This document shows, piece by piece, positions 8,252 to 17,900 of a DNA stretch of 30,339 nt. Positions within the stretch are counted from its first letter, which is position 1, and every line of letters begins with the position of its first letter. The position numbers and the translations under genes were made by a program. Location of the stretch: assembly GCA_039586795.1 (NCBI GenBank), contig JBDHJS010000042.1, positions 1 through 30,339 on the forward strand. Reading direction: 5' to 3'. This DNA is from Gemmatimonadota bacterium (GTDB lineage: Bacteria; Gemmatimonadota; Gemmatimonadetes; Palauibacterales; KS3-K002). The notes under the pieces are model-generated. The model saw nothing but the letters and a program-made list of their open reading frames with translations, had not been told where the DNA came from and did no database searches.

Positions 8252-10528
8252 TCAAAGGCTCCCCTCGAAGCCTTCCAGCACGGCCCTCAAATCCTTTGAG
8301 CTCAGGTCCGTCGCGCCATCAGCCGTCAGCCTCAGCGCCACGCCGTCGCCACCAATCACCAGCTCCTCACCCAGCGCGAAGTATTCGGCCAACGCCGGGA
8401 TACGGTCGAGCAGCTCGAAGTAGGCTTTGCTGTAAGAAGCTATCTCGACCACCTCCAAGCTGTCATTGTAGCCGATGTCCGTCCAGCTTCCGTCGCGAAG
8501 GACGAAGAGCCGTCGGCCGACGTGTCGTACCCTCTCAGCCGCGTCGCGGCTGCCATCTGCCCGTCCAACGGAGCTGGCAGCCAGGGCTAGGTTCTCGGCC
8601 TCGGCATCGGTGGCCTGCTTCGCCTCGCGCATCCGGCTGCTCCGCTGAGCCGCGTCAAATGCCTCGGCGCCGACCTGCTCCTCGGGCGCCATGGCCGCGG
8701 CCGGCACGATCCCGCGTTCCATGATCTCGTCTGTATCCAGCACGGCGAACTGCGGTTCCTCCACCAGGTACGATGTGTACTCGGTGAGTATGCCGTAGCG
8801 GAGACCGAGCTGGCGGATCTCCTCGATCAGCTCGCGGTCCGGCCCGTTGAGGCGGATCTGCGCGGTCAGCGCGCCTGCCTTGCGAGCGGCCCACAAGCGA
8901 GGGATGAAATCATTGTCGTTCTCGCGGCGCGGCAGCTCCGCACGGTAGGTGAAGCGCTCGGTCTCACCGCCGCGCGTGCCTTCCAGCACCAGCTCACCGC
9001 GCCCATCGCCCCGGTAGCGACCGAACAGCACCAGCTCTTCGCCGTAGAAGAGGTCGGGCAGCGGGTTCGGGTAGAAGTCTTCGAGGTCGGCCGGCGCATC
9101 GACGATCCGCAGGTCGGCCAGCGCCGGGAAGCTGATCTTCCGCGTCAGCGACGAGACCGCTTCCTCGACGTCCTCACCCGGCCGAACGTAGCTGACGCTC
9201 CCGCGCCCACCGTCGGCCATCCGGTCAAGCAGGTACGTGTTCACGTCGTAGCCGACGCCGAACGCGAAGACGCGCTCGCCATCGCGCAGCTGTTCCGCCG
9301 TGTCGGCGATTCGCTCCGGCTCCGTCTCGCCGACCGTGGGTTTCCCGTCGGTCAGGAAGACGATCATCGAGAGGCGGCCGCCGGTCGTTTCAGGCTGTAA
9401 CGCCTCTTGTAGCGCGTCCATGACGTTGGTGCTGCCCTCGGCGCGCACGCCCGCCAGGTAGTCCCGCGCCTCCCGAAGAGTCTCTGCGTCGGCGTTCACG
9501 AAGTCGTCGCTGAACGTGCGAACGTAGCTGCTGAACGTGATGAGCCGGAATCGATCCTCGGGCCGCAGGCCGGCGAGGATCTGGTCGAGGGCGGCCCGCG
9601 CCTGTTCCATCTTGCCGCCGGACATGGAGCCGGAGACATCGAGAACCAGAGTCACGTCTCGTGGTATCTGCACCTCGTCACTCACGGCAGGCGGAGTGAG
9701 GAGCAGCATGAAGTACCCGTCTTCGCTACCAGGCGCGTGAGCGAGCAAGCTGGCTCCGACCAGCGACTCGCGGAGCGGAAGGAAGAGCTCGAAGTCGCGG
9801 GCGGCGCCACCGCCGCGATGCGCGATCTCCAGCTCGCCGTCACGCCGCTCACGGACTTCGATGGCGTGAGTCGGCGAGTACGGCGTTGCGAAGATCTCGG
9901 CGCCGGTGATCCGAACGGTCATCGTGAACGGGTGCGGAGCCCGTGACCGGACATCGATCACAGATACTTCGCGGGGTTCGTCACCGACCAGCGGCACCAC
10001 GCGGGGGTAGCGGAGGCGATACATGTCGCCGTCGCGACCCAACACCTGGGTATAGCGGAGGATGACGCGGCGCTCAGCGCCGGGCTCTATTGGAAAGACC
10101 CGAGCACGCAACATCCCGTGGCCGAGAAGCTCGATCAACGCCGGGTCCTTCCGACGCCGGACGATCTCCTCGTATATCGATCTTGCCCGGTCAGCGGGTA
10201 ACATCTCGCCCCGGAGCTCGTCCTCACCCATGAACAGCGAGAAGTTCGTGAACACGGCTTCAGGCGGAATGGGGTAGACGTAGTCGCCCTCCATCATCGT
10301 GCCCGCCCGGTTCCGGAACACCTCTTCGACCTCGATCAGCGCTATGCGGCGCTCCGCGTCGATGGTCACGAATACGTCGCTTCTCACCCGCTCCACCGGG
10401 GAGCCGGGGAGGAAGCGATGGGTGTCGGGCTCGATCCAACCCTGAGCCAGCACGGTATCGCCCGCCGCCAACATGGCCAGGGCGGCGAGCCCGACGCTTG
10501 CTAGATATCTTAAGTTCTTTATCCACAT
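8252..10528 (-). CDS. Secreted VIT + VWA domain protein (inter-alpha-trypsin inhibitor-like)
   Basis: Signal peptide from ATG 10528 with GGGAGG RBS; VIT domain (YEEIVRRRKDPALIE); MIDAS DVSGSM, FLTDG, FGVGYDVN. Confidence 0.88.
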   Translation of the reverse strand: MWIKNLRYLASVGLAALAMLAAGDTVLAQGWIEPDTHRFLPGSPVERVRSDVFVTIDAERRIALIEVEEVFRNRAGTMMEGDYVYPIPPEAVFTNFSLFMGEDELRGEMLPADRARSIYEEIVRRRKDPALIELLGHGMLRARVFPIEPGAERRVILRYTQVLGRDGDMYRLRYPRVVPLVGDEPREVSVIDVRSRAPHPFTMTVRITGAEIFATPYSPTHAIEVRERRDGELEIAHRGGGAARDFELFLPLRESLVGASLLAHAPGSEDGYFMLLLTPPAVSDEVQIPRDVTLVLDVSGSMSGGKMEQARAALDQILAGLRPEDRFRLITFSSYVRTFSDDFVNADAETLREARDYLAGVRAEGSTNVMDALQEALQPETTGGRLSMIVFLTDGKPTVGETEPERIADTAEQLRDGERVFAFGVGYDVNTYLLDRMADGGRGSVSYVRPGEDVEEAVSSLTRKISFPALADLRIVDAPADLEDFYPNPLPDLFYGEELVLFGRYRGDGRGELVLEGTRGGETERFTYRAELPRRENDNDFIPRLWAARKAGALTAQIRLNGPDRELIEEIRQLGLRYGILTEYTSYLVEEPQFAVLDTDEIMERGIVPAAAMAPEEQVGAEAFDAAQRSSRMREAKQATDAEAENLALAASSVGRADGSRDAAERVRHVGRRLFVLRDGSWTDIGYNDSLEVVEIASYSKAYFELLDRIPALAEYFALGEELVIGGDGVALRLTADGATDLSSKDLRAVLEGFEGSL

Positions 10529-10713
10529 GGCTTTAACCTCCCAGTCGTGGCGGGATTCATCCGCTTTCTGACCGGGAGACGCGCGAGCCCCGCTCCGTTG
10601 CACACGTGGAGGGCCCGCGTGGCGCAAATTGGTCTCCTTTATTAGGTTAGGACTACCCCTTCGACCCTGCCCGATACCGCATCAGCCAGTAACAGGACAG
10701 CCTGGAGCAGGAA

Positions 10714-11103
10714 ATGAAACTCGAGAAAGCCTGGCTTTGGGTAGCGCTCTTGGGGCTAGTGGCGCTGTTCGTCGTGAACGTGCTGGTCGAAGAGCCGATT
10801 CAGCGCGGAATCCTCTCGGTGGTTACGGTGCTGCCGTTGCTCTACCTGACCTACCAGGTCACGGTCGTGGCGGGGCGGGAAGCGGCTCACGAGCGGCGTA
10901 AGTACATGAAGCTGAGGGTGGTTGCGGATGAGTTCATGGGGCAGATCAGAAACCTGAATCGTCTGGCGATCATCTCGAAGAGCGAGAACCCCCCGGAGCA
11001 GACGGAAGAGATGATCGAAGACGTCGTGAACCGCATGCGGGCGATGGTCGATCGGATTCGGGATGCGGCGGGCGAAGAGGACCCCGAGGTTGCCGGGGGC
11101 TAG
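10714..11103 (+). CDS. Hypothetical membrane protein (2 TM helices plus helical C-terminus)
   Basis: GGAGCAGGA RBS, hydrophobic N-terminus, coding-like composition. Confidence 0.75.
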   Translation: MKLEKAWLWVALLGLVALFVVNVLVEEPIQRGILSVVTVLPLLYLTYQVTVVAGREAAHERRKYMKLRVVADEFMGQIRNLNRLAIISKSENPPEQTEEMIEDVVNRMRAMVDRIRDAAGEEDPEVAGG

Positions 11104-11279
11104 CCGTACCCGAACAAGCATACAGACTGAAAGCCGGCGAAGCGCTGGGTCGTCCACCGGGAGAGGCGACGCACCGCGACGCCGGCTTCTTCACGCATCG
11201 TAGTCCGGAGGTGGCACGTGATTTCGGAGCGGCGCTCGGCTAGATTGTCCGAGCCCCACCGATACAACGGAGGTCTACG

Positions 11280-12008
11280 ATGCTTCATGTCCTGATTCTG
11301 GCAGCCGCCGTCATCTTTCCTGCTCAGCAGATCGAATCTGGCGCCGACGTCATTCGCGCCATGCACGACCGATACGAAGGCGAGTGGTACACTAATCTGG
11401 CCCTGATCCAGACCGTCAACTACTACGATGTGGCGTCGGGAGGAGTCGATTCGGTGCGCGTGTGGTACGAGTCGATCCGCCTGCCGGCGACTGTGCGAAG
11501 CGATATTGCACCTCTGAATTCTGGGAACCGGATCTTCTACAAGGATGGGGCCTGGATCACGATCGAGGCCGACTCGGTGGTCAGCAACAACCCCGGACCC
11601 CATCCGCTGCTGCTGCTCGGCTTCGATGTCTACGTGCAGCCGGTTGAAGAGACGTTGGGCATGCTGGAGCGGTTCAGATTCGACCTTTCGCAGCTGCGAA
11701 CGGACGAATGGGAGGGGCGAGAGCACTATGTGGTTGGAGGTGAGAACCGTGAGTTCTGGATCGACGTCGAGACGCTGCTGTTCACGCGGCTGTTTCTGCA
11801 GAACCCGAACACCGGTGCGTCGCGTGAGATCTTGTTCGAGGCGTACGAGCAGCTGGGCGGAGGTTGGATCGCCACCGAGATCAAGTTCATGCGCAGTGGC
11901 CGGGTGGATATGTGGGAGCGGTATGATTACTGGACAATCGATGTGGAGTTCGCGGACGACTTGTTTGCGTTGACGGGTGGCTCGAGGCCGACGTGGGTGA
12001 AGAACTGA
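11280..12008 (+). CDS. Secreted hypothetical protein, possibly LolA-like fold
   Basis: GGAGG RBS, signal peptide, beta-rich FWIDVETLL..RL segment resembling lipoprotein-sorting-like proteins. Confidence 0.7.
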   Translation: MLHVLILAAAVIFPAQQIESGADVIRAMHDRYEGEWYTNLALIQTVNYYDVASGGVDSVRVWYESIRLPATVRSDIAPLNSGNRIFYKDGAWITIEADSVVSNNPGPHPLLLLGFDVYVQPVEETLGMLERFRFDLSQLRTDEWEGREHYVVGGENREFWIDVETLLFTRLFLQNPNTGASREILFEAYEQLGGGWIATEIKFMRSGRVDMWERYDYWTIDVEFADDLFALTGGSRPTWVKN

Positions 12009-12011
12009 TAG

Positions 12012-12054
12012 GGAGTAGGAGTAGGAGTAGGGGGTAGGGGGTCGGAGGTGAGAG
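12012..12054 (+). repeat. G-rich short tandem repeats: (GGAGTA)x3 then heptamers GTAGGGG GTAGGGG GTCGGAG GTGAGAG
   Basis: Directly visible in the intergenic sequence. Confidence 0.7.
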
Positions 12055-12075
12055 TGTGCTGGCATAGGTGGGAGA

Positions 12076-13521
12076 ATGCTTGATCGATTGAGGGAGTTGG
12101 AGGGGGCAAGTCGGCGACTCGAGCCGCAGCCGAATGAGCGGGCGCGGGTGCGGGATGCGGTGGTGAAGTTCGGGGACGAGTTCATCGATGGGATGAACGG
12201 GCTCAAGACGTACGAGATCAGCAAGGAGCAGGCGAAGAAGCTGCGTGGCGCGCCGATCGGAGACGGGCCCACCGATATCGACGAGATTCTGGCGTTGGTT
12301 CAGGAGAGCGTGTTGGAGCCTGGTCTCAATCCGGCACATGGCGGTCACCTGGCGTTCATTCCCGGCGGCGGCATCTACTTCGCTTCGCTGGGGGACTACC
12401 TGGCCGACATCACCAATCGCTACGCCGGCATCAGGTTTGCCGGGCCCGGCGCCGTCGAGATGGAGAATGTGCTGCTCGATTGGATGGCGGAGCTGGTCGG
12501 TTACCCGGCCGGCTCGGGCGGAAATCTGTCGTCGGGGGGCAGCATCGCCAATCTGATCGGGATCGTCACCGCGCGTGACGCCTGCGGGCTGAAGGCCAAG
12601 GACTACGAACGGGCTGTCGTCTATCTGTCTGACCAAGCGCATCATTGCATAGACAAAGCGATCCGCGTTGCGGGGATGGGGGAGTGCATCAGGCGCAAGG
12701 TGCCTTTGGACGACGGCTATCGGATGGTGCCCGGTGACTTGGAGACGATGATCGCCGAAGACCGGTCGGCCGGTCTCATTCCCTGGATGGTGATCGCGGC
12801 GGCGGGAACAACGGACGTCGGTGCCATCGATCCGCTCAGCGAGATCGGGGAGATCGCCGGGGAGAACGATCTCTGGTACCACGTCGACGCGGCCTATGGC
12901 GGCTTCTTCGTTCTGGTCGACGAATGTCGCGCGAAGCTGGCGGGGATGGAGCTCTCCGACTCCATCGTCCTCGACCCACACAAAGGGCTCTTTCTTCCGT
13001 ACGGGACCGGCGCCGTGTTGGTGAAGGATCGTGACGCAATGCATCGGGCGCACTACTACCGAGCGAACTATATGCAGGACGCGGCGTCGGAAGATCCGGA
13101 TGTCATTGACTCGCCGGCAGAGCTATCACCGGAGCTGACCAAGCACTTCCGGGGCCTGCGGCAGTGGCTTCCACTCAAGCTGCATGGCCTGGAGCCTTTT
13201 CGCGCCTGTCTGGAGGAGAAGCTCCTGTTGACCCGGTATTTCTACGAAGAGGTTCAGAAGCTGGGCTTCGAAGTTGGTCCGGAGCCCGAGCTGTCTGTGG
13301 CCACCTACCGTTGGGTGCCGGATTCCGGCGATGCGAACGCGTTCAATCAGGCGCTCGTGGAGGAGATCCATCGGGATGGGCGGATATTCATCTCCTCTAC
13401 CCAGTTGGACGGAACATTCGTGCTGAGGTTTGCCGCGCTAACGTTTCGCACCCACCTTGAACACGTTGAGCTGTTTTTGAAGATCCTGAAGGAGAAGGTC
13501 GGAGTCGTAGCGGACAGCTAG
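12076..13521 (+). CDS. Group II PLP-dependent decarboxylase (aromatic-L-amino-acid/glutamate decarboxylase family)
   Basis: SGGSIAN, AGTTDVGAIDPL, HVDAAYGG and DSIVLDPHK (PLP lysine) motifs. Confidence 0.92.
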   Translation: MLDRLRELEGASRRLEPQPNERARVRDAVVKFGDEFIDGMNGLKTYEISKEQAKKLRGAPIGDGPTDIDEILALVQESVLEPGLNPAHGGHLAFIPGGGIYFASLGDYLADITNRYAGIRFAGPGAVEMENVLLDWMAELVGYPAGSGGNLSSGGSIANLIGIVTARDACGLKAKDYERAVVYLSDQAHHCIDKAIRVAGMGECIRRKVPLDDGYRMVPGDLETMIAEDRSAGLIPWMVIAAAGTTDVGAIDPLSEIGEIAGENDLWYHVDAAYGGFFVLVDECRAKLAGMELSDSIVLDPHKGLFLPYGTGAVLVKDRDAMHRAHYYRANYMQDAASEDPDVIDSPAELSPELTKHFRGLRQWLPLKLHGLEPFRACLEEKLLLTRYFYEEVQKLGFEVGPEPELSVATYRWVPDSGDANAFNQALVEEIHRDGRIFISSTQLDGTFVLRFAALTFRTHLEHVELFLKILKEKVGVVADS

Positions 13522-13534
13522 CAGAGAGGCAGTC

Positions 13535-14938
13535 ATGAGGTACGCAAGGTTGGTCTTGGCGGCGAGCGCCATCGTGGCGCTGGGCTGCGGCGACGACGAG
13601 ATCGTCATCCCCGGTGATGGTGACATCTTCGTAACGACGGCGACGACGGGCGTGGACGTCGACACCGATGGATACTGGGTGAGGTTGAACGGCGGCGCCG
13701 ATTTGGGCATGGGTGTTAACGACACACTGATCTTCCCCGACGTCGAAGAAGGTACGCATTCGGTAACCCTGTCGGGTATGGCGCCCAACTGCGCCGCGGT
13801 GGGGTCGAATCCTCAGCAGGTGACGGTTACGTCGGGGGCGGTCGAGAGGGTCTCGTTCGACGTAAACTGCGTGCAGGCTGGACAGTTGGCGGTGACGACG
13901 TCGACGAGTGGTGACTCGATCGACTTCGAGTACACGGTGACTCTCCCAGGAAGCGGGAGTCGGTTAGCCGCGGCGAACGGGACTGTGAGCTTCGAGACGC
14001 TGATGCCAGGCGACTATACGGTGAGGCTAGAAGGCGTGTCGGTGAACTGCACGGTGGGTGGGGAGAATCCGAGAACGGTGAACGTTACCGGCGGCGCCGT
14101 CGCTGAGACGACGTTCTCCGTGGTCTGTACGCCGGCGTTGCTCGATCGGATCATCTTCGCCAGCGAGCGCGACGGCAACAGCGAGATCTACAGCATGACC
14201 GATCGAGGCACCGACCTTTTTCGGATCACCAACGACCCGGCCAACGACCAGGCGCCGATCATTTCACCTGACGGAACGCGGATTGCCTTCGAAAGCGATC
14301 GGGATGGCGACTTCGAAGTCTACGTTGTGAACATCGATGGCTCGGGGATCGTACAAGTGACCGATAACGTAGTGTACGACGGTGAGCCGACGTGGTCGCC
14401 CGATGGCCAGCAGATCGCTTACTTTTTTAATGATACGGCGACCACCGAGATCTACACCATGAATGACGACGGAACCGGCGACGCCAATCTGACGAATCAC
14501 GCCTCGGAAGACCTGTCGCCGGCCTGGTCGCCGGACGGAGAGATGATCGCGTTCAGCAGCGACCGGCTGACCAGCGCTGAGATCTACGTCATGGAGACGG
14601 ACGGATCGGGAACGCGCGTCCTCACCGCTAACCTCGCAGCCGACGTCAGTCCCGCCTGGTCGCCGGACGGCGCGACGATTGCCTTCGCCACCGACCGAGA
14701 CGGCAACTGGGATGTCTATACGATAGACGTCGCGACGGAGAATGAGGTGAGGGTGACGAGCGACCCGGGGACGGATATCGCGCCCGCGTGGTCGCCGGAC
14801 GGCACGAGGGTAGCCATCGCCACGGATCGCGACGGCGATCTCGAGATCTACTACCACAGCGTTGTCATCCCGTTGATCGTGAAGTTGACGGATGACGGCG
14901 CTGTGGATACTGCGCCCTGCTGGTCCCCAGAGCGTTGA
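13535..14938 (+). CDS. Lipoprotein with Ig-like N-terminal repeats and TolB/PD40 beta-propeller
   Basis: Lipobox ALGC; repeated P.WSPDG..IAF.SDRDG..EIY units. Confidence 0.88.
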   Translation: MRYARLVLAASAIVALGCGDDEIVIPGDGDIFVTTATTGVDVDTDGYWVRLNGGADLGMGVNDTLIFPDVEEGTHSVTLSGMAPNCAAVGSNPQQVTVTSGAVERVSFDVNCVQAGQLAVTTSTSGDSIDFEYTVTLPGSGSRLAAANGTVSFETLMPGDYTVRLEGVSVNCTVGGENPRTVNVTGGAVAETTFSVVCTPALLDRIIFASERDGNSEIYSMTDRGTDLFRITNDPANDQAPIISPDGTRIAFESDRDGDFEVYVVNIDGSGIVQVTDNVVYDGEPTWSPDGQQIAYFFNDTATTEIYTMNDDGTGDANLTNHASEDLSPAWSPDGEMIAFSSDRLTSAEIYVMETDGSGTRVLTANLAADVSPAWSPDGATIAFATDRDGNWDVYTIDVATENEVRVTSDPGTDIAPAWSPDGTRVAIATDRDGDLEIYYHSVVIPLIVKLTDDGAVDTAPCWSPER

Positions 14939-15111
14939 GTTACCGCCTCACGGAAAGCGCAGTCTGAAGGTAGGAATGAAAGAGCCTGCCGCGGCGGACG
15001 CGACGGCGCCACCGCGTTCCGTCTGTAACCAATGATGGACCTTCTCCGTAGTGTAGGGAGTGGGAGAGGGGAAGAGCGTTGGGATGTATACCCAAGACAG
15101 TGGGGTCTTAG

Positions 15112-15453
15112 ATGGTCGAGTTTGTACTTCACATCGGCGTTACGTCGCTGCTGGTGCTGCTGGTCGCCAAGATCGTGGATGGGTTCGAGGTCAAGAACTG
15201 GGGTGCCGCGCTGATGGCCGCCCTGGCCCTGGGCCTGGTGAACGGCTTCGTTCGGCCGCTGATGGTGCTGCTGACCCTGCCGATCACTGTTCTGACGCTG
15301 GGTCTGTTCCTGCTGGTGATCAACGCGTTGATGCTCTGGCTGGCGGCGGCCATCGTGCCTGGCGTACGGATCAAGGGCTTTGGATCGGCCTTCTTCGGCG
15401 CGCTGCTGCTCAGCATCTTCAACCTGATGGTGAGCTGGCTGCCCAGTCTCTGA
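15112..15453 (+). CDS. 4-TM 'phage holin family' membrane protein (YvlD/DUF360-like)
   Basis: LGLVNGFVRPLMVLLTLPITVLTLGLFLLVINALML signature. Confidence 0.9.
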   Translation: MVEFVLHIGVTSLLVLLVAKIVDGFEVKNWGAALMAALALGLVNGFVRPLMVLLTLPITVLTLGLFLLVINALMLWLAAAIVPGVRIKGFGSAFFGALLLSIFNLMVSWLPSL

Positions 15454-15476
15454 TCTACGAGAGAGCCAGCCGCAGG

Positions 15477-15770
15477 TCAGGCGGCAAGGAAAGTGGGAAT
15501 CGAGGGCCGGAACTCGTAGACGGTGCCGTCCACCACCCGGGCGCTGTCCGGGTAGCGTCCAGCAGTTTCGACCGAGATGTAGACGTCCTGGGAAAGTGCC
15601 CCTTGGGGGAAAAAGAGGGCGACGTTTCCGTCGGCGAACAGGAAGCTGCCGCCCGCGGGCCCGACGAGCGTCCCGCTGGGTTCGGTGGGTGAGTCGCCGT
15701 CGCACGCCGCGGCTAGCGTTGCGATGACTGCAAAGGCGAGGAAGGGGAGCGCCCGACGTGAGCGAAACAT
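15477..15770 (-). pseudogene. Short or truncated paralog of the N-terminus of the upstream lipoprotein (97 aa)
   Basis: MFRSRRALPFLAFAVIATLAAAC lipobox, then PTEPSGTLVGPAGG...YPDS..VVDGTVYEF matching the 15781-17685 product; similarity ends just before the stop. Confidence 0.65.
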
Positions 15771-15780
15771 GGCGCTGCTC

Positions 15781-17685
15781 CTACGGCTGCTGCCGGCGGA
15801 GGCGTCCCATGCCGCCGCCCTCGGTGGGCCACCCCTCGGTGAGCGGTGGCGAGTCGCCCCAGAGGGCCAGCAAATAGACCTGCCCTCCACCCCAAGTTTC
15901 CCTGTAGAACAGGTAGATCGTACCGTCATGCGCTACGGCTGGAGATCCCTCGATGTAGCCTCCAAAGTCGGTGCGCCACACGAGGCCCCCATCTAGTCTC
16001 CGCACCCCACAAAGTTCGTTGATGGCTGTGCCACGTTGACGGCTGCACTTGACCAGCAGGTTGTCGTCCGACAACAGGGTAGGGGCGCTTATGTGGTCGT
16101 ACTCCGCGGCGTTGGCCCAGACAGAGTCGGTGGCCCACCGTTGATTTCCAGTAATGTCGTAACTCGCCAAGCCGGTGAAGGTCTGGAAGAAGATATTACC
16201 GTCGGCGTCTATCACAGGCGGCGATTTCGAAGCGGCAATGTCGATCTGCCACAGAAGCGTCCCCGCCGAGTCGAATGCCGCGTAACCTTCGTAGTCGGCG
16301 ATGACCACCCGGTCGGTGATGAGGGCCGGGCCGGTGTAGAGCTCCCTCCCACGGAGCTCTCGCATCCAACGAATCGATCCATTCGTGCCAACTCGCCATA
16401 GAAACCCGCCATATTCGGGTCCTTTCACCTGCGCATAGATATCGCCGTTCGACGCAATCGCCGGGGCGGTCCACTGCGTGATCCGTTCGAGGAACAGGGT
16501 ATCGCGCCAGAGCTCGATACCCTGAGAGGAGATCCGACTGAGCATCACGGCATCTTCGCCATCTGCCCACAGAACAGCCACGGATCCATCTGGACCGACG
16601 GCCGGCGCGGCATCGGTATCACCTGTCGGCACCATCCACTCGATTGACCCATCAAGCGCGTGGCGCTGCGTGCATGAATGCCCGGCGACGTGGGCGCGCC
16701 CGTCCACGGCAACGGCTGGCATCGTGAGTGTCGACGAACATGTCCATTCTCTGAAGAGGAGGTTGCCGTCGCCGTCGATCGCGAGCAGCGTTTGCACTCC
16801 TGCTAACACATAGATTCTGTCGCTTCCGTCGAGCGCTGGGGCACTACTGGAGCCTGGACCGCCAAAGGGCAACGCCAATCGCCATCGTTCGGTCCCGGGC
16901 TCGATATCGTCCGGTCGCGCCGTCCGAATGTTTGCACGGTCAACGAACTGATCTACGAACACCGCATCGAGGATAGCGACGAGGTCCGTCTCGCCCGGCG
17001 CGAGGGCCGTTACCACGCACGAGTCCGCGCCGACCTCATCGATTGAGATTACGTCGGAACGCGACGCCGACCAGCCGACGCTGCCGGGCACCCACGCATC
17101 CGAGGAGTCCTCGACCGCCGCATGGAAGGTCACGCTCTGGCCAACCTTCATCAGCTGATCTGGCGTCGCGATCCGCCCCGTGACATCGGCGGGCACACCC
17201 AGCACACCCATCACGCTGAACCCGTCGATGATCGTGGAAACGGTGTTGTCCGCCTCGTCGACCTCGCTGTCACCGACCGGCTGCCAGAATGCGTCGTTGG
17301 CCTCGTAGATCGCCAGGTCCTGCGCCTCGACGCGGGACGGCCACCGCCCGGGGTCGTACTTGATGATGAGCTGTACCGGGAGGTCGAACTCGATTCCTTC
17401 CGGTGCGAAGCTGTAGACCGTGCCATCCACCACGGTCCAGCTGTCGGGATAGCCGCTCGCCGGATCGACGTTGACCGTAACGTCCTGCGAGACGGCGCCC
17501 GGCGGGACGACGAGGCTGACGGCGCCGTCGGCGAAGACGAAGTTCCCGCCCGCGGGCCCGACCCGAGTGCCGCTGGGTTCGGTGGGCGCGTCATCGTGGC
17601 AGGCGGCGAGGAAGAAAAAGGCCGGCAGGCCGATACAATGGCGGCATGCCGGCGCTCGACATACAGAGTATTTCCCGTACAACAC
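15781..17685 (-). CDS. Lipoprotein with ZU5-like N-terminal domain and PQQ-like beta-propeller
   Basis: Lipobox FLAAC; VGPAGG..VPPGAV..F.P.G.EF..PV.L ZU5-like segment; repeated SPAVA.DGTIY / G...W motifs; exact start uncertain. Confidence 0.78.
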   Translation of the reverse strand: MLYGKYSVCRAPACRHCIGLPAFFFLAACHDDAPTEPSGTRVGPAGGNFVFADGAVSLVVPPGAVSQDVTVNVDPASGYPDSWTVVDGTVYSFAPEGIEFDLPVQLIIKYDPGRWPSRVEAQDLAIYEANDAFWQPVGDSEVDEADNTVSTIIDGFSVMGVLGVPADVTGRIATPDQLMKVGQSVTFHAAVEDSSDAWVPGSVGWSASRSDVISIDEVGADSCVVTALAPGETDLVAILDAVFVDQFVDRANIRTARPDDIEPGTERWRLALPFGGPGSSSAPALDGSDRIYVLAGVQTLLAIDGDGNLLFREWTCSSTLTMPAVAVDGRAHVAGHSCTQRHALDGSIEWMVPTGDTDAAPAVGPDGSVAVLWADGEDAVMLSRISSQGIELWRDTLFLERITQWTAPAIASNGDIYAQVKGPEYGGFLWRVGTNGSIRWMRELRGRELYTGPALITDRVVIADYEGYAAFDSAGTLLWQIDIAASKSPPVIDADGNIFFQTFTGLASYDITGNQRWATDSVWANAAEYDHISAPTLLSDDNLLVKCSRQRGTAINELCGVRRLDGGLVWRTDFGGYIEGSPAVAHDGTIYLFYRETWGGGQVYLLALWGDSPPLTEGWPTEGGGMGRLRRQQP

Positions 17686-17769
17686 GGCTGGTCACCTTCG
17701 TGCAGAGTGCACGGTGCTTCACCCAGCCCATCTATCTATCTAAAGCTACGGCGGCGCGCTGCGGCAGGC

Positions 17770-17804
17770 AAGCAAAGAGCCCGGGAGCGGTGCTCCCGGG
17801 CTCT
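17770..17804 (-). terminator. Intrinsic terminator
   Basis: Perfect 13-bp inverted repeat AGAGCCCGGGAGC-ACC-GCTCCCGGGCTCT followed by TTGCTT on the minus strand. Confidence 0.7.
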
Positions 17805-17838
17805 CTCCGTAACGGAATGTGTTTCCCGTTCGCCAGAC
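17770..17838 (-). ncRNA. Predicted ~68-nt small RNA antisense to the anticodon arm of the adjacent tRNA-like element
   Basis: Bounded by a sigma70-like promoter and a 13-bp terminator hairpin; nt 2-14 (TCTGGCGAACGGG) are the reverse complement of the anticodon arm sequence CCCGTTCGCCAGA. Confidence 0.6.
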
Positions 17839-17844
17839 AATTAA

Positions 17845-17873
17845 AAGCTAGCTGCTCGCTGTTCACCGGTCAA
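17845..17873 (-). promoter_or_regulatory. Sigma70-type promoter TTGACC-N17-TAGCTT
   Basis: -35 at 17873-17868, 17-nt spacer, -10 at 17850-17845, AT-rich discriminator, predicted +1 G at 17838. Confidence 0.6.
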
Positions 17874-17900
17874 GCCGAATGCCGGCGCAGGCTGCGAAAA

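Noticed and set aside
11212..11228. Sigma54 promoter TGGCACG upstream of the 11280 gene
   Set aside because: The -12 element reads TTCG and lacks the essential GC.
14150..14935. Repeated DNA units (TGGTCGCCGGACGG) as a CRISPR or DNA repeat
   Set aside because: They encode the WSPDG blades of the PD40 propeller.
15112..15453. Prophage implied by the holin-family gene
   Set aside because: This family is commonly chromosomal, and no other phage genes are present.
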